Of a stretch of 64,000 nucleotides of DNA, positions 53,201 through 64,000 are shown in pieces (the stretch's first letter is position 1; every line of letters begins with the position of its first letter). A program made the translations under genes and the position numbers. The stretch lies in NCBI GenBank assembly GCA_010093815.1, contig ML996576.1. One strand, 5' to 3'. The notes under the pieces were generated by a model. That model worked only from the letters and a program-made list of their open reading frames with translations. It was not told the DNA's origin and ran no database searches. The DNA comes from Pseudovirgaria hyperparasitica (Eukaryota).

Positions 53201-54948
53201 AAGATTAGAGAAAGCCCAACATGTCGATTCGATTATCAACACCTTAGGTATGGATGCATATGCCGATGCCGTAGTGGGCACTCCTGGCGCAGGTAAGGTC
53301 TCACTTTTAGGACCATAAAATTCATGTGGCTGACTATACAAGGTTTGAACATCGAACAACGCAGGAAGCTGTCAATTGCAGTTGAGCTTGCAGCTGAACC
53401 AGATGTCCTTCTATTCTTGGATGAACCCACTTCGGGTCTTGATAGCCAGACAGCCTGGCTCATATGCTGTCTTCTACAAAAGCTTGCAAGAGCAGGTCAG
53501 GCGATTCTGTGTACCGTCCATCAACCATCAGCCCTCGTATTTGATGTGTTCGATCATGTTCTAATCCTTGGGCCAAGAGGACGGCAGCTTTACTTTGGCG
53601 CAACTGGACCCTCCTCTTGTCATCTGGTGGACTACTTTGAAAGCAATGGCGCACGAAAGCGAATAAAGGGAGAGAACACGGCTGAATGGCTGTTAGAAAT
53701 CTCCTGTTCTGCACCCACTTCAAGCACGCAGAAGGATTGGGCCGAGGTTTGGGAAGATTCGGAAGAGCACAGACAGATCAAAGCATCTTTGGGATATCTA
53801 ACAAGATCCAAGTCGACTCAGGAGTCCATACCCCCAACCGCTCCGACGCAAAAAGAGTATGCTACACCTTTACTTGAGCAGATCCTATGGGTCACATATC
53901 GCAACCTCCAGCAAGAATGGCGCATTCCGTCATACCTCTACCCGAAGGTCCTACTCAGTGTTGGAACAGTATGTCTAGTTCTTCATGTTTGATATCCATT
54001 GGCACGTACTCATGATATCCCATAGGCATTCTTCATCGGCGTCTCCTTCTGGAGGCCAGATTCAAGCATCCAGGGCATCCAGAACCAGATCTTCGCCATC
54101 TTCTGTCTGATGATCCTGTTTGGTAGTCTTTGCCAGCTCATTATAGACCGGTTCGCCCAACGTCGTGCGGCTTTCGAAGCTCGGGAGCATCTGTCTAAGA
54201 CATTTTCCTCTTCGGCGTTTCTCGTGGCAAGTATACTGGGCGAAATCCCGTCGCAAACTGTGATTGCCCTCTTGATATATGTCTCGTGGTATTATCCGAT
54301 AGGCTTCTACAGGCACGCAGGGGCAAGTATACACGCACGAGGTGGCCTGATATTTCTGTTCATATGGTGCTACTGCGTATTCATGTCCACGCTGTCGCTG
54401 CTAGTCATTGCCGGCATCGGAGACACTAGCGTTGCTGTCAATATCGCCCAGCTCATTTACTCACTATCGCAAGTCTTTTCCGGGTAAGTAAAAACTTCTT
54501 ATACTGCCCTGCCATACTGAGGGCTAAGAACTTCGCTGATGGTGCATCTAGAGTTCTCATAAGGCCCTCCGCATTACCGTCGTTCTGGAAATTCATGAAC
54601 CGAGTGACGCCTTTGACATACCTCATAGGGGGCATATCAACGGTGGCAATGTGGGGAGCAGATGTTCGATGCAGGCCATCCGAGCTAGTTGAAGTCCCGC
54701 TCCCCGCGAGAAACACCTGTGGGGAATACCTTCAGGCCTACATCGCTACGGCAGGCGGGTACGTTGTGGACCCTTCAGCCACTGCTTCCTGCTTCTATTG
54801 CTCGGTGGCCAGTTCGGACGCCGTACTCTATGCGCTGGGCTTTAAGTATGACGAGCGGTGGCGTAATGTGGGTTTGATGCTCGCGTATATTGTGTTCAAT
54901 GTCGCGGGCATTGCGTTTCTTTTCTGGCTCAAAGTGCGTCGTTCGTAG
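50290..54948 (+). CDS. PDR-type (ABCG) full-size ABC transporter
   Basis: NBD1 [15 protein letters not shown] and [12 protein letters not shown]2 [18 protein letters not shown] and [11 protein letters not shown]; two TMDs; about 9 introns, with frames consistent by eye. Confidence 0.92.
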
Positions 54949-55553
54949 TTACCTTTGTGGGTTATACCATTCTTGTTTCAGGGGTTCAGGGATGCTGGCC
55001 TCGCTTATGATAGGATCAAGCTGTTTGGCTGAGTTACTTATATTTCTGGTAATTAGTGTCTTTACAATCACTAATATCACTTACCTACCTGTTACAGTCA
55101 CCAATATATCACACCACTCACGTATTGTGCGTAGTCTCGCACAGTGGACGGGAATGCTGTGGTTACCGGGTTGGGTTATCATCACCCCCCGTTGTGAGCA
55201 AACAAACTGATATCGTCACTATAGACAAGTTGTCCAATTGTGGCACAGAGCACGTCGGCAGTAGCACGTGAATGTCACAGCATCGACTACGAAATCGACT
55301 ACGAGAGTCCTAGATCTGCGTGAGGCCTGCGGGCTTTGGGAATCGAAATGCGATCAAAAATTGGTTGATAAGAAGATCTTCGATCAAGAAGTCGACTCCT
55401 TAGGTAGCACTAAGTGATGAATAGCGATTGCTTGCATTTCGAGACTAGCATGGAAAGCACCTCTATGGACACCAACCGCCGCATCAGTTCACCCGCATTC
55501 CATGATGACATCTGAAACGATCAACATCATAGATTCCCCACAACGCTATTCAA

Positions 55554-57212
55554 TTAGACATTTTCAGTCACCTGCTTTGCCAGCGTCTTGAGGCGGATTA
55601 CGCATCCATTCACATTCCTCATCGTCAGCATATACTTCCCCTCATACACCGTCGCATCGCCGGCACTGATCTCATACTGCTGGAACAGCCTCACAATCAT
55701 ATACGAGGATTCCATCATGGCCTTGTGCTTTCCAAGACACGATCGCCTACCAACGCCGAATGGCACGTACTCATACGTACCGGGCATGAAACTCTTGTCT
55801 AGCCAGCGCTCGGGCTTAAATTCGTGGGCGTCCGGACCGTAGGTACGGGTTTGGCGGTGCAGGGTATAGATCGAGGTGCGGAACAGTGAGCCTGCGGGAC
55901 AGAAAATTGGGGATTTGCCATCGGAGCCGCCGCCACTGGGGAGAATGGTGTCTTTCATAGCAACACGGGCGATGTGTGGGAAGACAGGATGGAGGCGCAG
56001 GGCTAGCACTTGATCGGCATGCATTTACAGATATGGTAATTGGCATACTCACTCTCATTAAGAATGGCTTGGAGGTATCGCATGCGGCCAAGGTTTTCGA
56101 ACGAGGGATCTTTGGTACCTAGGGATATGATCTCGGTCTGAAGTTGACGCTGGATATCCTTGTGGCGTGATAGCAGGTGCACAACGTTACATATAAGGAC
56201 GCTTGTAGTGTCTTGGGATCCCATCATGGCTTGGACGATCTGGTCACGAAGCAACTTCCTGTCGCCGGTGACTTCAGCCATCTTGATCAACAGCGTGCGC
56301 GGTTTCGTCAGTGTTCCATCCCCTGGATCGGCCTCCTTCTGTTTTGCAAGGTAGCGAGCTCGATGCTCCAGTGCGCGATCCACGTAGTAGTCAGCAAATT
56401 GATGGCTCTTTTTGCATGCCTCGAACCATGATCTGTTTGGTATGAGATGTCTCAAGGGGCCGACAGCCATTCGTAGACCACAACCGGCGATTCCAGCTTG
56501 GAATGCATCGACAAACCCCTTGGCGTGTTGTGGACACTTGCCGGACAGTGCTCCAATGGGCTCGCCAAAGAGGAATGAGGTGCTCAAGTCCAGATACTTA
56601 AGAACGATTAGTTTCCATGGCGAAAGCTGTTGAACCAAAGCATACCAGATCGAATACCAAGGGCTGTAAATCGAATGCGGTGTCATCCTTTGGGAACATG
56701 CGCATCATCTGGTACAGACCAGCGTGCATCAACGACAGGTCCGAGATATTGCTTGAATGGAAGAAAGGTTTCAGCAATGAACGCTTCCATTTCGCCTCCT
56801 CCCCGTCAGTTGTCAGAAAACCTGCTCCACAGAATGGCGCCCAGGTGGGCAGTCGCATCTCCTGAACTCCCCAATCACTTCCGCCGAGGACTGAAGCGAG
56901 GTTTTTTGGTTCGATCGAATTTATGCACTGGGTTGCCCATGCAATTCCTTGGAATGTCGGTCCGTACAGATCGAATCGGGCGAAATTCTCTTCGTTGAAG
57001 CTGTTGTTCTTGATTGAGAGCCCGGTCTTCAGGATCAAATCTAGACCGAAGATCGGGTCACGATGTTTGTACATCGGCGGCGATTGCGTGCCATACTTTG
57101 AGTTGCGAGAAGCCGAGCTTATTCGTCTGTATATGTAATATACGATGATGCAAAGGAGAACAACACTGGTCAATCTAGCAGGTTTAGCTGGCACTTTGAC
57201 CGGAATGTACAT
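55554..57212 (-). CDS. Cytochrome P450 (CYP52-clan-like)
   Basis: HRDPIFGLD, SIEPKNL, GFLTTDG, FLFGE, GSQDTT, KPERW and heme motif PFGVGRRSCLG; two introns. Confidence 0.88.
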
Positions 57213-58885
57213 CGCGTCAGAACTTTGGAAGCTATTTGTGGTAGAGAAGTCAAGACCGTATCAGATTGGAAGTAATTAGTTGACCTCGCTGGTAGACAGA
57301 TCTTCGGGATAACATGGTTCAACGGGGGAAAGCGGCAAAGTATCCGTCGATGCAACTGCGCCGCATACAGTGAACGGGCGAGCGGCAGTCATATGTTCTG
57401 GCCGTGATCTACAGTCCTTCCATTCGTATTCACATTCCTTATCATTGGTCCATCATACCGTCAGTTTAGCATGGAAAGTGATCATTCGCGGACGAAAAGC
57501 GAGATCCCCTCGCCACGCAGAACACTGTACCACTAACTCAAAATCAATGACCCGCAAAACATATCGGCAACCGAGTCTATCGTGACCATGCCTTGTAAAT
57601 CTGTAGGCGACCGCACAGTATTAAACTCATGAATTCAGTAGCACTAAGTCAGCTCTCGTGAGCCATGTCACCATGTGTCCCATTGTGCCCAGTCCAGAGC
57701 CCCATCGTACGCTACATACGGCAGATCGTTCTACAAGATATCGCTCTCGATCCTGCGGCATTATAACCCGGTTATATCGGTTTTGAAATTTTACATGCCA
57801 TCGTCTGAACATTATTGGTGTTGTCCACTATTCAGCCTAAGCCGATGCTTCGGATGGCACCGTACTTGACTCGTCGGCTTGTCAAAGGCAACTGATACAC
57901 TATCAGATTGATTGAGATTGTGAGCGACAATTGCTTCTTTTGGTATTCTGGCATTTCTCTCCTACTCTCGCAGATTCGTAATAGAGTCTGGGGTAGAACT
58001 GACAGTCGTACTAGACCCACACGGGATGGAATGCGTAGCATTGCGAGCATCTGCTACTTTCAGACAAAGTCTCCCAACAGCTATGAAGATAAGCTTCCTA
58101 CTATCTAATAGCGTTTCATAGTATGCTCGTACAGGCCATCAAGAAGCTGCTAGGCTTTAGCTGTATCCTTTTAAGTTAGCCCTATTCGTGAAGTGTCAAG
58201 AGTATGAATAACAGCGTGACATTGTTTGGAATATGGTGTATTCCATGCGAAAGACCGAATTCGTTCGCTTGACTACATTAGCTTATAACGTTCAAGGAAA
58301 CTCAGCACAGTACTCCAGACTAGGTCTCAGTGGGCAGCTGGTACTTGCGGCATATATTTCCAACGGCGATCATGTTATGCAATGAATATGATCAAACCTA
58401 TGACGCCTCGTCCTGCTATTGATACAAAAAGCTAGAGAGCGTTTGCTGAGTTACAGAAATGTAGTTAATTCGATCCTATTACATCCTCCATTTCGCTGAT
58501 AAATGCATCTTTCAGGCCGTTGGGACCGAGCTTCTTCAAGTTCTTATTCTGTCGGGATGCAAAGCTGGCTAATTCGGTTCTCAGTACGCATCATATTATC
58601 TCTGTTGGCCTGTCGGACTCTACAGGAGGTTCTATACTCTCTAATTAACTCTATAGTAAGAGGGTTTAGTTTCTTAGAATGTCATTTGGAAGAGCACCGT
58701 GCCCGGGCTTGCGCGAATTACGGTCGAACAACGATCCTATGTGAGCTTCAGAGTATGTCATAGTAGTTTCACTGGGATAGACTATAAGTAACGTTATTCA
58801 GTATATATAATATCTCAACTTTCAAAAAGACATCTTTTGAAAATACAACCGCGAACGATATACCACTGAGCCATCTATACAACCA

Positions 58886-59521
58886 ATGTATCCTCTAAGC
58901 ATCCTCCTCATCATCGGTATCACCACCGATATAGTCGTCGCAGAGACCAAATGCAAGCCGCCGGGCTGGATTGAACGGATGACCCGTAATGATGGCGTGG
59001 ATTATGTCTATAAACATTTTAATGCTCATATCCATGACAACATCGGCACTCTCGAATCGGTACCTATCGAAGACTTTAAGGCTTGTTCAGGTCAGGAGGA
59101 GCCCTTTGAGCCTGGCCAGGAAGTAAAGTACATGATCCCAGATGAACTTCTAACACCCAACGCTACCAACCTGAAGGGAGGATACGTCGTATGCCGGGAA
59201 GACGGCTCTATTCTCAAGAGTGACGAAATAAGCGCCATCGAAAAGTTACAAATGGAGTCCTGCGGCACATGGCATGGAATATGGGGGAAACACGTAGGAA
59301 GCCCGCGTAAAGAATTCAGTCATGGCCACAGCGAAGCATTTCAATGTGACTATACCTCTTTGGTCCATATGTATAAGCACCAGACATGCAACCCAGAAGT
59401 CCTTGCAGTAATGTTGTTGCTTGTTAACCGATTCTGTCATAATTATCCCGGTTGGTTTTCTATGGAGTCGTGGGACGTCACATATGGTCGGCAACGTAGA
59501 GAGGATAAAAAGCCCTGCTAG
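58886..59521 (+). CDS. Secreted Cys-containing hypothetical protein (candidate effector), 211 aa
   Basis: Hydrophobic N-terminus MYPLSILLIIGITTDIVVA, 8 Cys, TATA-like tatatataa ~80 bp upstream. Confidence 0.65.
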   Translation: MYPLSILLIIGITTDIVVAETKCKPPGWIERMTRNDGVDYVYKHFNAHIHDNIGTLESVPIEDFKACSGQEEPFEPGQEVKYMIPDELLTPNATNLKGGYVVCREDGSILKSDEISAIEKLQMESCGTWHGIWGKHVGSPRKEFSHGHSEAFQCDYTSLVHMYKHQTCNPEVLAVMLLLVNRFCHNYPGWFSMESWDVTYGRQRREDKKPC

Positions 59522-59699
59522 GGGGTATCCGATCGATTCTCGCAATCAGCCGAACAGAGAAATCGGAACAGCCTCTAAAAGGCAATAGGTCGGATTAGCC
59601 TATCGACAGAAGAAAGTAGTAACCTATATGACTGGAAAGAGTTATAGCAGACGTTAAGGATGGTTAGTCTTAGAGTTGAGAACTAGTTGGTATACTTCG

Positions 59700-60444
59700 C
59701 TCTCGGCCACATTTTTTCCGGTAACATTCGTCGTTTGCCTAGAACCTGACTATCTTGGCACACCCCAACCTTCCGAATAGAGCTTTTCAACTTTTATACC
59801 TAAACCTTAGTATATAAGAGTATTAAAAATTAATAAAATAGATAATTAGATATATCTCTATCCATCTATAAGTTTACTTTATCTTATTAGAGTCTATATA
59901 AAGAGTTAGAGAGAAAGGTTAAGATTTCTTAGAAGTTCTAAGAAAAGAGCTCGTGCGAAAAACGGGTTAATTAGGTTCTAGAAAAACTACCTTCTCCCTC
60001 TTCTCTAAGTAATTAAATCCTTTTATTATAGAATGGATTAGAGAATATAGAGCTTAAAAAGTATATATTAATTAATTGCCTTGCTCCACTCTATAAGTCT
60101 ATACTAATATTCTAATTCATAGACTCTTATATAGAGGTAGAGACGTAAAATAGCCATCTAATGAGGGGTGTGTGAACACATGCGTGAAAATGAAAAATGC
60201 CAAGAGAGTCAGGTTCTAGGCAAACGACAAATAAAGAAACCACAACTAAAGCGACTCTAGCCGCAACTCGAAGCCACCACATCGATAATAATATAAAATA
60301 TTTTAAATAGAATAGATTTATGGATAAAGATCACTTCCACTGATCTTAAGGTTATTCGATATCGTTTCTCCATAATCTGATTGAGTATCGCTGATCGTTG
60401 CCACCTCCAAGTTGCTTATGTTACCGCAAAAATGTGGCCGAGAG
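59700..60444. mobile_element. Non-autonomous TIR element (MITE-like), outer element
   Basis: ~27-bp imperfect TIRs CTCTCGGCCACATTTTT..CGGTAACAT (59700-59727 / 60418-60444), flanked by the direct repeat ACTTCG (59694-59699 / 60445-60450). Confidence 0.8.
59730..60228. mobile_element. Second non-autonomous TIR element nested in the first; AT-rich, RIP-like interior
   Basis: 31-bp TIRs with 1 mismatch: GTCGTTTGCCTAGAACCTGACT(A/C)TCTTGGCA (59730-59760 / 60198-60228). Confidence 0.8.
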
Positions 60445-61058
60445 ACTTCGGTCAGCTAATCATCAGTAGAGACCGGCGACAAATCGAGCTTGTTGGCTGC
60501 ATAGACCATAAGTTATCTGATTGGTTGATGGCGGGTTTATGTAATCATTGAGGTGCATCGCGATCGAGATTGGGGTTCCTCGAACAACAAGACATGCAAC
60601 ACCCATTGTACTAGTATATACTCCGACTGCTCTAGCGTACGTCCCTGACTAATGCACTTCGTTCTCTGGTCTCTGGTACTATCCATTATCTCGCATCGAC
60701 CCGTTCCTTTAGTGCACCGATGTGGCTACACATAAATCGCTTAATTGGCTCTTGCCCCATCGACTATATCTACTGCGGATACTATGCTTTTGTGGCGGGC
60801 TGAGGCCAAGACCTATGATATCAAAAAACGCAAATCCGGACCAGAAGAGGACAGCTTATGAACTCTCCGGTTTGTCTGGAGCTTCGACTAGCTATCTCGC
60901 AGTTTGTGGAGAAGCGTGCTGCGGGTACGATTTCAACATATAAATATGCTTCTGGCGACGCCCAGAATACCTACCTCCGTTATCTCATTCTCTCCTCTGC
61001 TTAATTGAGTACTTTCACCATCATTAATCTCCAGCTCATCACCAGACCCTTCATCAAC

Positions 61059-62860
61059 ATGGCCGCTACTACTCAACACATGCCTCAGGCGCCGTCGTCA
61101 GCCCTCGACAAAAGTAACCATGTTGTCTCCCAGACCAACATTACCCTGGCTACCGAGCTTCCAGAGCTTAAGGCTCTTCTCTCTAGCGAGGCTAAAATCA
61201 TTCTACCCAGCCATGCCGAATATGAAACCCGTATCTCGAGGTTTAGTGAGTACAAGAGGCCAACCCCTGGTGCCGTTGTCTGCCCAGCCACCGAGGCCGA
61301 TTTAGCTGCGACTGTAAGATCCACCACCGTCTCGAAGAGCTTTGTATAATTGACCGTTTATCTCTATGTAGGTCAAGTGGGCCACGTCCAATGACATCAG
61401 ATTCCTTGCCCGCGCTGGTGGTCATGGCTGGTCCATGACCCTGTCCCAGGTTGGACCAGAGGGTATCTTGATCAGCCTTCGTGACATGAACAGAATCACG
61501 GTTGATCTCAAGAGTGGATGTGCGACCCTTGGCGCTGGTGCCACCACTGGAGAGCTTTTGAAGGCCGCACAAAACGCCGACGCCCACATTGGTAGGTCTT
61601 CATGGCTTCAGCTTACAGCTATTGGCTGACAGTTTCAAGTTGCAACGGCATGTGACAGTGTTGGTGCTGTCCCATCCATTATGTAGGTCACTCTGTGGGT
61701 TAAAGTACGATCCCGCTGACACCCGTTAGGGGCGGAGGCATTGGTAACCTCGTATCAAATTATGGTCTGGGATCCGACAATATAATCTCAGCCCGTCTCG
61801 TCACGGCCACCGGAAATGTTGTTACTACCTCAGCCACAGAGAACGCTGACCTCTTTTGGGCCCTCCGTGGAGCAGGTCACAACTTTGGTATTGTGAGCGA
61901 GCTCACTGTCAGAGCTTACCCCCAGATCAACAAAGGTCAGCACTAAAGCGGTATGCTCGGCTTCCCGGGAAGCGCCGATGTGGCTAAGAAGGTCATCAAC
62001 ACTATTGATCAGATGGGTGTCACCCAGGGCAAAGCTGCTGAGGGCATAAGCTGCACCATGGTCTACGGCCGCCCTCACCCAGTCTACGAGGTAGCTAGCC
62101 GCTTATTACGAACCCCCTCCCCCCTCATTGCTAACGAAGTCACAGCCGACCGTCCTTCTTAAGCTATCTCTCAATGGTTCCACGGAGGCCGCAATGGCCG
62201 CCTTTGCTCCTCTCTACGCGCTTGCCGACACGTACACACCCAACATCAACACAGGCGAACTTATGCCCGCTGACGAGATCAATGAAGCGAAAGACTCACT
62301 CTGCAGCGAGGGCGGTAATCTCCCACGTGCGTACCGCCCTGTGCACTCTGCATCTCTCGAGGCTGTAGACCCTGAGATCATGGGTGCCCTGTACGAGCGC
62401 TGGGAGAACTTCACAGCTCAGAACGAGGGAGCCAAACAAACTGTCGTGCGCGTCAACTTCTACGACTACCGGCGTGTGCGGGAAATTCCAGTTGAGGACT
62501 CCGCGTTTGCGTGGAGGAAGAATCCTATCAACGTGCTTCAGGTAAGATGCACCCTGTATCTAGACTGCCTTTGACTCACGCTGTTTGTAGTATTGGGCAT
62601 ACACCGACGAAAGCATGGAACAGGAGATTCAATCTCTCGGGCAGGAGTTTCGCAATGCTTTGAATGGAGCCCAGTCTCCCAACGTGTGGGTAACTTCATT
62701 CCATATTAAAATTGCATAGTCTAACTCCCACAGCGTTATGAGCTTCGCTACCGGCGACGAGAACCCATCGTACGTCTATGGTAAAGGCCTCGACAGGATC
62801 CGTGAGGTGAAGAACAAGTGGGACCCACAGGGCGTTTTCTCATACTACAATTCTTGCTAG
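61059..62860 (+). pseudogene. FAD-linked oxidoreductase (BBE/6-hydroxy-D-nicotine-oxidase-like) with a premature stop
   Basis: RAGGH, LFWALRGAGHNFGIV and KNKWDPQGVF; six introns splice in frame, but there is an in-frame TAA at 61944-61946 (GQH*SGML). Confidence 0.7.
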
Positions 62861-63425
62861 GCCTTTCCAGGCAGTATATATGAGATGTGCATCGAAGACA
62901 CATGACTCATGTACTTAAGCCATATGACATCGTCCAATATAGGCTCAAATAACGTAAAATATGACAACTCAACCCAGCTGTGTGCCAAATGGTGATGGAT
63001 CAATCCGTCTTGACATTGATCAAGTCGAAGTTGATCCAGTGAAGTTCACGAATAGACAGTCTTTATCCCACAGTGGTCTGGGTAGCTCGGCAAATGCAGA
63101 GGGCGTGCCCTTCGTGGTTTCAACCTAGTCCCTGTTCACTTTGCTATCTTGGCCGGTATAGCTTGGCAGTCGTTCTCATTGACGTTGTTATCGACGTTTT
63201 TATTGCTTGCGATATCATAATACTAAAGGGTTACCAGCATGTCAATCAATAAGTGTTGCTAGTAAGCCTGATCATTGATATGAGAAAACGCATAGAATGA
63301 CAATGCTCATAAATTGTGATAAGTGATGTTATTCGCGTTGCTTTGACCCTTCTCACGAAGATACTATCATCAATGACATACGTAAGGTCCATAGCATTGT
63401 CAATTTAAAGCACTCGAACCAGCCG

Positions 63426-64000
63426 TCATGTCTTTCGTTGCCGAGTACGCAATAACTGATCCCACTCCTCCACCTCCACCTCCTCAGCGTCATCCCTGTC
63501 GCCCACACGATGAACCTCATGTTGAGTCGAAACAACGTCAATCGGCACTACTGGAATCCCAGCTTCCGGACCGTCACTGATCTTTCTGGGTGGGTACACT
63601 GATATACGCATGTTCGCAAAATGTACCTCCCTTCGCCCAGCAGACCATTCGTGTGCTAGAACATCAGAACCAGACACGTTTTGAATGTTGAAGTGCTTTT
63701 GTTGTCTCACGGCCACTATTTTAGCCCAGCTGAAACCACGGAGCGTGATGTCAAGTGTATCGCCGTCCTGGTGTGATATCGTAATCTTTGTCAAGGGTTC
63801 AGTATCTTCTGAAAGCTTGCTATTCCTGCCTATAATCCGGTTCTGCTTGTTCCAATACACACCGGGGTCGACATATGTAATTGACGAGTTCGGCGGTAGC
63901 CTTCTGAAAAGTATATACTCACTTGAGCGAACCAAGAAACTGGGGCCTGAGGAGATATTGTAATGAGCCAGCGATACATGAAACTTTTGCTGGGTGTATT
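63426..64000 (-). CDS. Hypothetical protein, 5' end outside the window
   Basis: Reading frame is open from the window edge to the stop at 63426; no recognisable motif. Confidence 0.4.
   Translation of the reverse strand, partial: YTQQKFHVSLAHYNISSGPSFLVRSSEYILFRRLPPNSSITYVDPGVYWNKQNRIIGRNSKLSEDTEPLTKITISHQDGDTLDITLRGFSWAKIVAVRQQKHFNIQNVSGSDVLAHEWSAGRREVHFANMRISVYPPRKISDGPEAGIPVVPIDVVSTQHEVHRVGDRDDAEEVEVEEWDQLLRTRQRKT

Noticed and set aside
1..64000. tRNA, rRNA, CRISPR arrays or autonomous transposases
   Set aside because: None recognised; the sequence is a eukaryotic gene-dense region

Overview
Filamentous-ascomycete (Pezizomycotina) genomic DNA with short spliceosomal introns; the class is probably Dothideomycetes, but that is inference. 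Left part (1-19.7 kb): an ordinary housekeeping block with an O-methyltransferase, a MUG113/T5orf172 protein, a small secreted Cys-rich protein, copper amine oxidase, POP2/CAF1, complex I B12 subunit, CLA4 PAK kinase and alpha-actinin. From ~20.1 kb a secondary-metabolite locus begins abruptly. It contains a MOSC-FAD/NAD-2Fe2S reductase, a secreted BBE-type FAD oxidase, an NAD(P)-binding oxidoreductase, a T-C-A-T-C NRPS (AtaP/AclP-type epipolythiodioxopiperazine-family diketopiperazine synthetase), a TetX-like flavin monooxygenase, a Zn2Cys6 regulator, a secreted SRPBCC-like protein and a GliC-type P450. Three more P450s, a PTH11-like membrane protein and a PDR ABC transporter follow. None of the canonical ETP sulfur-transfer genes (GliG/K/J/I/T) is visible, and a shared CGGCGAGGT promoter motif links the 20-40 kb genes. 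Together this suggests an ETP-derived but possibly sulfur-free diketopiperazine pathway. The right end has a candidate effector, a nested pair of non-autonomous TIR elements, an FAD oxidoreductase with a premature stop, and a partial ORF. All family calls come from motif recognition by eye; no database search was run.
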